Source: Candidatus Komeilibacteria bacterium | GTDB lineage: Bacteria; Patescibacteriota; Patescibacteriia; UBA1558; UBA10009 | Length of the DNA: 64,000 nt | Direction: 5' to 3' | Assembly (NCBI GenBank): GCA_030688315.1 | Contig: JAUYIT010000008.1 | Location: forward strand, 21,240 to 85,239 | Shown here: positions 56,166 to 64,000 of the stretch, piece after piece | How the letters are laid out: each line of letters opens with the position of its first letter | How positions within the stretch are numbered: position 1 is the stretch's first letter | Notes under the pieces: generated by a model | The model's database searches: none | What the model saw: only the letters and a program-made list of their open reading frames with translations | Told to the model about the DNA's origin: nothing | Program-made: the position numbers and the translations under genes

Positions 56166-59100
56166 TTACTTGATTAAATATTCAGACAGAATCACTTCTC
56201 GCTTGCCGATATTGATTGCACTATACTCGGCAAAATGACCACTTAGGAGTCGATTGGAAATGTTAGTTTCAAGTATGCCAAGTATACGCAAAGGACTTGG
56301 TACTTTATTTGTTTCCAATTCTTTATTTAAGACCTGAAGCGTGACTCGAGTGGTTTGTTTTGGCAAGCCACCTTCTTCCAGTTGAATAATAATCTTTTTG
56401 AGATATAATTCCTGATCTTCGGTAAATTGTCGGCGATCTTTCATTGTTGCCTTAATAATTCGCAAAATCTGAGTGGCACTGTCTCGGCCGCCTCTCATTT
56501 TTACTTCCGGAATTTCTTCAGTAGTTGCAAAAATAAAAGCCTTTTTATTCTCATCCAGTAATCCGTAAAAGTTTTTATCTGTTTTTTCTTGGTTAGTTTT
56601 TTCAGCAGTTTCAAGAATTTTCGCCGTCGACATAAAGTCTAATTCTTTAGAGTCGTTGCCAGTATTAGCTATAAAGAATTTTTGCACTTTACCACGGCGG
56701 AAATAAGTAATAAGGTGGCCAGCCAAATTTTTATCTATTCTTGCGGTCCTGGCTTTTTTGGGTAAATGCTTTATTTTCTCAAAGAGATCTGGATTTTTAT
56801 CACGCAATTCTTTGATTGCATGCAAATATTTCAATTCGCTTTCCTCACCATCGTCTTCACCGGTGATAAATTTCTCAGAAGTTAACCTATTAAACAGTTC
56901 GTGTGAACCAATTGGTTCGTTTTCAGTTAAAAGATGAGCGTCTCCGCCAAGGAGAGCCAAGAAGGCGTTAATTTTGGCTTCAGCGGCTTCCCGAAGTTTG
57001 ATCTGATCATTTCCTTGTTTTGTCGGGAAGAAGTTATAAGTGTAAATTTTATCAAATTTGGTATCAACACGATTAATACGACCAACCCTTTGCATCATGC
57101 GAGTCGGGTTCCAAGGAATGTCATAGTTAATGACCACATTAGAACGGTGTAGGTTTACACCTTCAGCCAAGACTTCAGTACAAATAAGAATGCGATAATC
57201 ATCCTTGGGAAATTTAGCTTTGGCGTCAAAGTTTTCAATAACTTGTTCACGGACTAATTCGCTAGAACCGCCGGTAAAACATACCGCTTGGCCGGGTATT
57301 TTTTCTTCAATATTCTGAGTTAGATATTCCGCCGTTTCTTTTGACTCAGTAAAGATAATTAGTTTATTCTTTTTGAGAATCGGATTAGTAGAAAGTTTAT
57401 CAATAAAAGCTACGAGCTTTGGATCTCGTTTAATACCGACCCACATAGCATGTATTTCTTTCAAAATATCTAAGTCGTTTTGTAAATCCTTTCTTAAACC
57501 ATCTTTAAAATCCTTACTTGGAAATTTTTCAGCTTTACCCTTACTGATCAAATTTTCAACAGCCTCATCATTATCATCTTCTAAATACTCAAAAATCTTA
57601 TTAGTATACTTCTTGCTGACATAAACATCGCCTTTTTCCAATTCAGACAAAAAAGAAATATACGAATTTATAAATCTATCAAGAGAATTACGGAAAGCGT
57701 AAAAACTGCTCTCCAGACGTTTGATAAGCAAAATCTTCATAAACTTACCCATGTTCATTTGTGCCAATTCTTCCGGCTGACTCAACTCGCCTTTATAGTA
57801 AAGCATTGGGGTATAACGAGAGTATTTGAATTTTTTGGCGATTAGTTCAATCGTCTTGATGAATACCGAATCTTCGTTCTCGTTCAGCTCATAGAAAACT
57901 GCCTCGGGTTTTTCAACCTCAGGGAATTTCAATTTTTGCTTAGCCAAGTCTTCAACAAAGTATTTATTAATCTCCGAACGAGTTCGGCGAACCATTAAAT
58001 ATTTCAAAACCTTTTCTCTAATCTCTTTAGCATTTTCTTTAACTGTATTTATATAAACTGCATAATCCTTTTGACGGTCAAGATTTTTTAGTTTCCTCTC
58101 CAAACTAGCAAAAAACTGTTCAAGATCTGGGAGGTTCGGAATAGTACTCTTTCGAGCTTTTTGGAAAAGTTTAATTTGACTCAAAATATCTTTTGGCGAG
58201 TTGTTATAGGGCGTAGCAGTAACAAGGATAATTTTTTTACCCCGGCAAATTTCCGCTAATTTTTCATACGTAGCATTATTTTCAGTCCTAAATCTATGAG
58301 CTTCATCAATAATAATGTTATCAAATTTCTCCACCCCTCGCTTAATAATTTCATCAAGTTTACCGACGGATTCACATTCTGCTGAAACCTTAAAATCAAG
58401 TAGCACATTAGCCCATGATCCAGGATTCTTTTTATCAATCAAAACAGGAGGGGCGATTACTAAAGTTCGGCCATCCAACTGCCCTGCAAGCATGGAGGCA
58501 ATATAAGTTTTACCAAGACCAACAACATCGGAAATAAAAACTCCACCATATTCCTCAAGAATCTTTTTCGCGTTTATAACGGCTTGCTTTTGATATTCAA
58601 ATTCCTTAAATTCCTCTGGGAGATATTTCAAAAACATCTCATCTTGCTGGTTTAGATCATCTTTAAAATATTCATATAAAAACTTAAGATAAAGTTCGTA
58701 GGGAGTAATGCTGTCGTTAAGCCATGTTTTTGTCTGAATAGTTTCAATATATTTTTGGCTGACATCAACAGCATCTTGCCAGAGTTCGTTAAACTTTTCT
58801 AAGGCAAAATCGTAGTCGGCTCTGTTTTTAAGCTCAACGTTAAACTCCAAGTTATCCATGAGGCCGGCTTGAGTAAAATTGCTTGATCCGGTGATTACTC
58901 TGCCTTTATCCCTATCCTCATCACTAAAGGTCATAATATAAACCTTGGCGTGTATTTTTTCTGTTGGATAGGCACGAATTTCAAGGCGGCTGGATTTTAT
59001 CCATTCAATAAATTTGAAGACACCGTCCTCCACTTTTTCGCTATCCTCGGCTTCCTCCATTTCTTTCTCAATCGCAGTACCTAATTGCTCCTTAGTTTCG

Positions 59101-59360
59101 GCACTGGAAAATTGCAGAGCGGATTGCTCGGCTGGATTTGCTTTCTGCATCAAATCATATGTTTGCTGATTAGTACTGATACCAATAAGAATTCTAACCT
59201 TGTCGGTGCTTTCAAGAGATTTGTATAAAGCATGAAAACCACTAGTATAAAAATAACCAACCAGACAATCAAAAAATTTAGTGTCTTTGATTAATACCTC
59301 GAATCTCTGTTTAAGACTTTGACCTTTTTCGTTTGTTATAAATGTTAAGTCAGAATTCAT
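56166..59360 (-). CDS. PLD-family nuclease domain fused to SNF2/SWI2 helicase (DEAH + helicase C)
   Basis: N-terminal HxK PLD motif (..EKIHAKVYI.. / GSSNFT), then ..GLGKT.., DEAH (IIIDEAHRFR) and helicase motif VI (..MMQRVGRINR..). Confidence 0.8.
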   Translation of the reverse strand: MNSDLTFITNEKGQSLKQRFEVLIKDTKFFDCLVGYFYTSGFHALYKSLESTDKVRILIGISTNQQTYDLMQKANPAEQSALQFSSAETKEQLGTAIEKEMEEAEDSEKVEDGVFKFIEWIKSSRLEIRAYPTEKIHAKVYIMTFSDEDRDKGRVITGSSNFTQAGLMDNLEFNVELKNRADYDFALEKFNELWQDAVDVSQKYIETIQTKTWLNDSITPYELYLKFLYEYFKDDLNQQDEMFLKYLPEEFKEFEYQKQAVINAKKILEEYGGVFISDVVGLGKTYIASMLAGQLDGRTLVIAPPVLIDKKNPGSWANVLLDFKVSAECESVGKLDEIIKRGVEKFDNIIIDEAHRFRTENNATYEKLAEICRGKKIILVTATPYNNSPKDILSQIKLFQKARKSTIPNLPDLEQFFASLERKLKNLDRQKDYAVYINTVKENAKEIREKVLKYLMVRRTRSEINKYFVEDLAKQKLKFPEVEKPEAVFYELNENEDSVFIKTIELIAKKFKYSRYTPMLYYKGELSQPEELAQMNMGKFMKILLIKRLESSFYAFRNSLDRFINSYISFLSELEKGDVYVSKKYTNKIFEYLEDDNDEAVENLISKGKAEKFPSKDFKDGLRKDLQNDLDILKEIHAMWVGIKRDPKLVAFIDKLSTNPILKKNKLIIFTESKETAEYLTQNIEEKIPGQAVCFTGGSSELVREQVIENFDAKAKFPKDDYRILICTEVLAEGVNLHRSNVVINYDIPWNPTRMMQRVGRINRVDTKFDKIYTYNFFPTKQGNDQIKLREAAEAKINAFLALLGGDAHLLTENEPIGSHELFNRLTSEKFITGEDDGEESELKYLHAIKELRDKNPDLFEKIKHLPKKARTARIDKNLAGHLITYFRRGKVQKFFIANTGNDSKELDFMSTAKILETAEKTNQEKTDKNFYGLLDENKKAFIFATTEEIPEVKMRGGRDSATQILRIIKATMKDRRQFTEDQELYLKKIIIQLEEGGLPKQTTRVTLQVLNKELETNKVPSPLRILGILETNISNRLLSGHFAEYSAINIGKREVILSEYLIK

Positions 59361-59361
59361 A

Positions 59362-59541
59362 TTATTTTTTTAATAAATTTAGAATGTTATTTTTCTTATA
59401 TCTTCTGTCGCCACGAACTCCAAATCTAATGGCTTTCAAAACCCCCTTATTATCCCACTTTCGTAAAGTATTTGGATGGCAATGTAGAAGTTCACACGCT
59501 TCACTTAAGGTTATGATTTCATCGTTCTTTTTTATTGTCAT
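59362..59541 (-). CDS. small HTH_17/excisionase-like DNA-binding protein (59 aa, below ORF-track cutoff)
   Basis: rc translation MTIKKNDEIITLSEACELLHCHPNTLRKWDNKGVLKAIRFGVRGDRRYKKNNILNLLKK. Its stop is 2 nt upstream of the PLD-SNF2 start. Confidence 0.5.
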   Translation of the reverse strand: MTIKKNDEIITLSEACELLHCHPNTLRKWDNKGVLKAIRFGVRGDRRYKKNNILNLLKK

Positions 59542-59684
59542 AAAAGAAGTAATATTTAACTTAACATTACTTTACACCTATTTTAAATCAAAGTAAAGTC
59601 ATTTTTTAGAAGTTTTAGGATTAAAAGTTATCTACTCGGGACGCTCTGGACTCCTTTAGGGATCAGCGTCATCAATAGTGTTAT

Positions 59685-61016
59685 ATGGAATACGCAAATT
59701 ATCAAGGGTTTAAAGGGGCTTCTATCCAAAACCAAGTTCAGGCCCCAGTAAAGGTCAAATATTGCCTTTACGCAAGAAAATCAACGGAATCAGAGGAACG
59801 CCAAGTCCTCTCTATAGATAGCCAGATAAAAGAGATGATCCGGCTAGCTGAAAGAGAAAAACTGGATATTGTAGAGATTAAGCGGGAAAGCCATTCAGCT
59901 AAAGCAACCGGACAACGGCCAATCTTTAACGAGCTTCTGACTGATCTTAGGCAAGGCAAGTTTAATGGTATCCTAACTTGGGCTCCTGATAGAATATCCA
60001 GGAATGCTGGCGACCTCGGAGCGATAGTAGATCTGATGGATGAAAAACTTTTAATAGACATACGAACGTTTAGCCAAAGCTTTAGTAACAACCCAAATGA
60101 AAAATTCTTGCTGATGATTTTAGGTAGTCAGGCTAAACTTGAAAACGATAATCGTGGCATTAACGTAAAACGTGGTTTAAGATCCAGAGCAGAAATGGGT
60201 TTTTGGACAGGACTTGCTCCGCTTGGGTATTTAAACCAGAATAGAGTAGATAAAAAGGGCGATGTCATTATTGATCCGGTAAGAGCGCCTATTATTAAAC
60301 AGATGTTTGAAAAAGTTGCTTATGAATATTATAGCGGCAGGAAATTGTTTCACTGGCTGAAGTTTGATATTAATTTTAAAACCAGGGGTAATAAAAATCT
60401 TACACTAAGCGGAATATACAGGGTAATAAACAGCTCATTTTATTACGGGATGTTTGAGAGGCCGCAGGGTAGCGGTACTTGGTATAAAGGTCAGCATAAG
60501 CCACTAATAACCCAAGAGTTATTTGAAAAAGTCCAAGAACAACTTCAAAGAGCAGAAAAAGAACGTAAGAATAGGGATTTTGCCTTCACTAAATTATTAA
60601 CTTGTGGCTACTGCGGATCAGGGGTAACTGGGCAAGAAAAATATAAGCATCTTAAAAACGGAACCATAACTACCTATATTTATTATGGTTGTACCCGGGG
60701 CAAGGATAAAAATTGTAAAAGTATCTACATTAGAGAAGAAGAGTTGATCGTAGAGCTGCTTAAAATTATTGACCAAGTGGAAATAGATAAACTCGGTATG
60801 AGGTATAAGCTAGAAGCCGAAGTTGAAAGATATAATAAATTTCAAGAATCGGTACTAGGGAGTAGTCCCGATAAAAATATCCCGACTAAAAAAATTGACG
60901 TACGAACGTATGCCAAGTATATATTACAAAATGGAGTGATTACTGAAAAGAGAGAGCTACTGGCTTTATTACAGAGTAAGCTAATTTATAAGGATAAAAA
61001 AATTACTCTCCTTTAA
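59685..61016 (+). CDS. large serine recombinase (resolvase catalytic domain + recombinase domain + zinc ribbon)
   Basis: ..YCLYARKSTESEERQ.. catalytic Ser region, and a C-terminal CGYCGSG...YYGC Zn ribbon. Confidence 0.8.
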   Translation: MEYANYQGFKGASIQNQVQAPVKVKYCLYARKSTESEERQVLSIDSQIKEMIRLAEREKLDIVEIKRESHSAKATGQRPIFNELLTDLRQGKFNGILTWAPDRISRNAGDLGAIVDLMDEKLLIDIRTFSQSFSNNPNEKFLLMILGSQAKLENDNRGINVKRGLRSRAEMGFWTGLAPLGYLNQNRVDKKGDVIIDPVRAPIIKQMFEKVAYEYYSGRKLFHWLKFDINFKTRGNKNLTLSGIYRVINSSFYYGMFERPQGSGTWYKGQHKPLITQELFEKVQEQLQRAEKERKNRDFAFTKLLTCGYCGSGVTGQEKYKHLKNGTITTYIYYGCTRGKDKNCKSIYIREEELIVELLKIIDQVEIDKLGMRYKLEAEVERYNKFQESVLGSSPDKNIPTKKIDVRTYAKYILQNGVITEKRELLALLQSKLIYKDKKITLL

Positions 61017-61779
61017 AAGTATTAGTAGTGAATTTTTTCTGCGCGCGTTGAAAATTCTCAGTTTTCATAAGCTCTTCTTTTAAAGATTCATTTTCTTTTC
61101 TAAGCTCCTTAAGTCTTGTAATAAAATCATCGGAAAAATTAATTACTTCAAAATCTTTGTTTATTCCCCCAAAAATATCCATGAAGTTACCGGCACAAAG
61201 GCCTAGTGTCCATAGATCAGTTTTAACCAAAAAATCATTTTCCTTATCAAAGAATGGAGTGGCAAATTTTTTTCTCTCTTCATCTAAGTAAAAATTTTGT
61301 TGGGCATAAACTATATTTGCATGCGCGGTCGAAGAATTAATTGATTGTTTGATATTTTTAATTGCTAAAGAAGCCTGCGGATACCGTTGTTCAAGCCAAT
61401 CATATCTTTTTTTAGTTAATTCTTTAGATGGATCCATTATTTCCTCTTCATTTATATCAGCAAAATCTTTAATATCTATATTGCCAATAGCATAGGCTGC
61501 GCAGGCACCTGATTCCAGGGATTGCCTTAAATCCATCATAGCCTGAACATGGTGGAGTCTTACTGTTGAAAATAAGGCCAAAGTATGGTGTTTTCTAATT
61601 TGTGAAAGAAACATAGTGAAAATAAACCTATCAGGATCCACGGATTTTATAAATTCGTTTAGTAGATGATTTAATTCAGCGGAGTTAATAAAATGCCTAC
61701 CAAAGCGTTCAGCTCCAGCAAGAACCATTTCTTTTTCGCTTTCAAGGATATCGCCTAATGTTGATTGTTTGAAGTCCAT
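61003..61779 (-). CDS. hypothetical protein
   Basis: ORF only. Confidence 0.35.
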   Translation of the reverse strand: MDFKQSTLGDILESEKEMVLAGAERFGRHFINSAELNHLLNEFIKSVDPDRFIFTMFLSQIRKHHTLALFSTVRLHHVQAMMDLRQSLESGACAAYAIGNIDIKDFADINEEEIMDPSKELTKKRYDWLEQRYPQASLAIKNIKQSINSSTAHANIVYAQQNFYLDEERKKFATPFFDKENDFLVKTDLWTLGLCAGNFMDIFGGINKDFEVINFSDDFITRLKELRKENESLKEELMKTENFQRAQKKFTTNTFKGE

Positions 61780-61783
61780 ATGA

Positions 61784-62518
61784 TTAATACAGTAATGGGT
61801 TTAAGTCAGTCTGGATATTCAGATTGTAAGCTAATAAACTAGGACAAAGTTGAGTTAATGAAATATCATCAGAGCCAAGATTACAAAAAATCCATACTTG
61901 ATGAAATGGTTGAGCTTCATTTTTTAATAATAAATCGCTTATTTCAGTAATATTTAAATTTTCTATTGGTTTATTTAAACTTATTAAAAGTGTGGTTTGA
62001 GGAACGTATCTTTTTATAAATTTTTTTTCAATTATTAATTTAGCAATTTTTTGTGAATCATTTTCTCCCGCTGTATTATTAATTACTTCTGGCGGTAGGA
62101 AAATGCACTCTAAAGGGAATGCATTTATTGTATTACCTCTTCTATCTCCGAGTGCTTCAATGGGTACCAATGCAATATCTGGCACATCGCTTGATACTAT
62201 CAAATGTTTCCCGTAATTTAATTTTGCTAGTAGTAAAGTAAAATATATTGTTGGAAAAATTTCTTCACTAACTTTTTTAAATCGAGTATCCTGGAGCTTG
62301 CCTTTAGTTTTTTCTAAAGCGAAATTGACTAATTCAATTAGTTTTAATGGAGTAAAACCAATATTCCAATCGCCATGGGAACTGTTAGGGCTTAAATTAC
62401 GAGCCTGTAAATAAGTAAGAGCATTAATTAATTCTTCATCAATTAGCTCAAGGCCTAATGTTTTTTTAAAAAATGAATTACATTCTTCTTTTGTCCACAT
62501 AAAATTATTATCTTTCAT
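61784..62518 (-). CDS. hypothetical protein
   Basis: ORF only. Confidence 0.35.
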   Translation of the reverse strand: MKDNNFMWTKEECNSFFKKTLGLELIDEELINALTYLQARNLSPNSSHGDWNIGFTPLKLIELVNFALEKTKGKLQDTRFKKVSEEIFPTIYFTLLLAKLNYGKHLIVSSDVPDIALVPIEALGDRRGNTINAFPLECIFLPPEVINNTAGENDSQKIAKLIIEKKFIKRYVPQTTLLISLNKPIENLNITEISDLLLKNEAQPFHQVWIFCNLGSDDISLTQLCPSLLAYNLNIQTDLNPLLY

Positions 62519-63959
62519 TAACTAGTTTTTTTTCTTGTTCTATGATGCTCCAATACGGCTCGGCGTAATTTCCCCCTCTCATATCTTTTAATACATCAAT
62601 TTGATCCTGTGGAATTTCTACAACTAATTGATCAAGATAGTCCAAGAAAGCTTGCTTATTGTTAAGTGAAAATATCTTTGCAGGAAATTCATTTAACCTT
62701 AAATATGACGGCGTGTTTTCAGGAAATTCCCTAAGCAGTAAAGCTGATTCTTTATCTAAGAAAAGTGCGTCACAGTATGGCAGATAACTAGCTATAAAGG
62801 AAACATCCGTTGTAGATTTTGGAGGATTCTTTTTGCCGTTCCTTGCCCGATGCGCTAATCCAGCGAACATGACGGCATTAATTCTGATCTGAGGTATTTC
62901 AAGTAGCGCGTTTACGTCAATAAAGTATTGAGCAATTGTTTCTTGTGTTTGTTCTTCTGATAAGCCTTTTTGTTTAGCAATTTTGACTAAATCTTCAATT
63001 GTATCATTGGCTGGCGGCGGTAATAAATCATCTAAATCAAAATTATAATTTTCTTCTCTAACTATTTTTGTCATAGCTAAAGATCTTCTTTCAATAAATT
63101 TTTTTACTACCTCAATTAACCCTTTCCCCATGCCCAATGTTTCCTCTTTTACTCTTTGCACAAAAGTGATATTTTTTTCATTTTGCCACCTAGTCCAGAC
63201 TTCTTTTAATTGTTCTTTTGTGAAAGTATTAACTTTTTGAATATTTTCTAATTGTCCTGGATATGGTCTTCCTCCGACAGATATCATCATGCCAGCCGAC
63301 CAAGAATGTAAGTCTTTTTCAAATGCTATATTTTCCGGCTTCAACTCAAATTTAATTTTTCTGCCTTCTAGCCATCCTTCAAAATGTTTAGTAATTTGGT
63401 CTCTTTCTATTATCACGCTAGGATAAAGAGTTTTTCCATTGGAAAAATGTTCATATAATCTTTTCATTAATCTGAAATCTATATTTCCAATTAATGACTC
63501 ATCTACATGATAAAAACTGTCAGGACAAACTATCGCTTGAGATTTTGAAGCAGCCTCAAGTTTTATGAATAAAGATTCCCAAAAAGGATCTGCCTTTATT
63601 CTTTCATGGCTCGGATGCGATTTGTCTAATAATTTTACCAAATTGCTAATAACAAATTGATCGAGATACAAAATATTCTTTTTAATCTTAGGCAAAATAT
63701 AATCCTTTTTATACCCACACTTAATACACTCTCTCGTATATGAACCTTGACCGGACATTAGAAAGGATACGCCAAAAGAATTTTCCGCTTGGCATTTTAG
63801 GTCAGGGCATTGTTTATATGGTTCTGAAATAAAATCTTTACGAGTTATAGTCATAACTTGTTTCTTGGGAATACTTTTTTGTCCATCCCTATCTAAACAG
63901 CATTTTTTATATTTTATTCCCGAACCGCATGGACAGGGATCATTTCTTCCTATTTTCAT
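62508..63959 (-). CDS. SEC-C metal-binding motif protein (N-terminal [16 protein letters not shown]), rest unknown
   Basis: The SEC-C motif read at the N-terminus. 11-nt overlap with the downstream hypothetical gene. Confidence 0.45.
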   Translation of the reverse strand: MKIGRNDPCPCGSGIKYKKCCLDRDGQKSIPKKQVMTITRKDFISEPYKQCPDLKCQAENSFGVSFLMSGQGSYTRECIKCGYKKDYILPKIKKNILYLDQFVISNLVKLLDKSHPSHERIKADPFWESLFIKLEAASKSQAIVCPDSFYHVDESLIGNIDFRLMKRLYEHFSNGKTLYPSVIIERDQITKHFEGWLEGRKIKFELKPENIAFEKDLHSWSAGMMISVGGRPYPGQLENIQKVNTFTKEQLKEVWTRWQNEKNITFVQRVKEETLGMGKGLIEVVKKFIERRSLAMTKIVREENYNFDLDDLLPPPANDTIEDLVKIAKQKGLSEEQTQETIAQYFIDVNALLEIPQIRINAVMFAGLAHRARNGKKNPPKSTTDVSFIASYLPYCDALFLDKESALLLREFPENTPSYLRLNEFPAKIFSLNNKQAFLDYLDQLVVEIPQDQIDVLKDMRGGNYAEPYWSIIEQEKKLVNER

Positions 63960-64000
63960 ATCTTATTATTTTACTATAAAACCGCCCTTTTGTGGACGGC

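Noticed and set aside
59685-61016. IS element or transposase
   Set aside because: The recombinase is a large serine integrase type with a Zn ribbon. No flanking terminal inverted repeats or DDE transposase were seen anywhere in the window.

Overview
This is a low-GC (~40%) bacterial chromosomal window spanning the replication origin (rpmH-rnpA-yidD-yidC on the minus strand, dnaA-dnaN on the plus strand). The gene content is typical of a small-genome, CPR/Patescibacteria-like organism (TrmB regulators, archaeal-type SIS PGI/PMI, DUF2079 membrane proteins, PBP1A with an Ig-like tail, weak or absent SD sequences). The lineage call is inference only.

Left half (1-22.5 kb): housekeeping genes (trxB fragment, tRNA-Ala and tRNA-Arg, bactofilin, DAG-kinase-like, pyrD, PBP1A, tyrS, ruvC, yebC, PGI/PMI) plus a ~2.4 kb insertion between rpmH and dnaA (DUF3800, a GC-rich foreign ORF and a TrmB regulator).

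Centre (22.5-28.6 kb): the main candidate for a new system. Eleven tandem, same-strand paralogs encode secreted two-helix proteins with a near-invariant loop motif (Y/V)SG(F/I)QWMTAGG(N/E)EEKV. They have hypervariable N- and C-terminal ectodomains that are often Cys-rich. The topology resembles VirB2/TrbC T4SS pilins. A ~35-nt DNA block is almost identical between paralogs. Neighbours are galU and an orphan solute-binding lipoprotein upstream, and two large GT-C-like membrane proteins downstream.

Right half (32-64 kb): accessory and defence island. It holds a MerR-HTH::GHKL ATPase with a DUF4325 STAS-like partner, two DUF2975 genes with an XRE regulator, a DUF2726 - AlbA_2/Schlafen-like - DUF4238 triad, and an ImmR/ImmA pair. 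A ParB::MTase fusion and terminase small and large subunits form a phage remnant without structural genes. A restriction-like module follows: an N6-adenine MTase split by a frameshift at a T6/A6 tract, next to a PLD-nuclease::SNF2 helicase and preceded by a small HTH gene. The region ends with a large serine recombinase and three hypotheticals, one with a SEC-C motif.

No CRISPR array, rRNA or recognisable IS element was found. All family assignments come from reading the translations and need HMM or BLAST confirmation.
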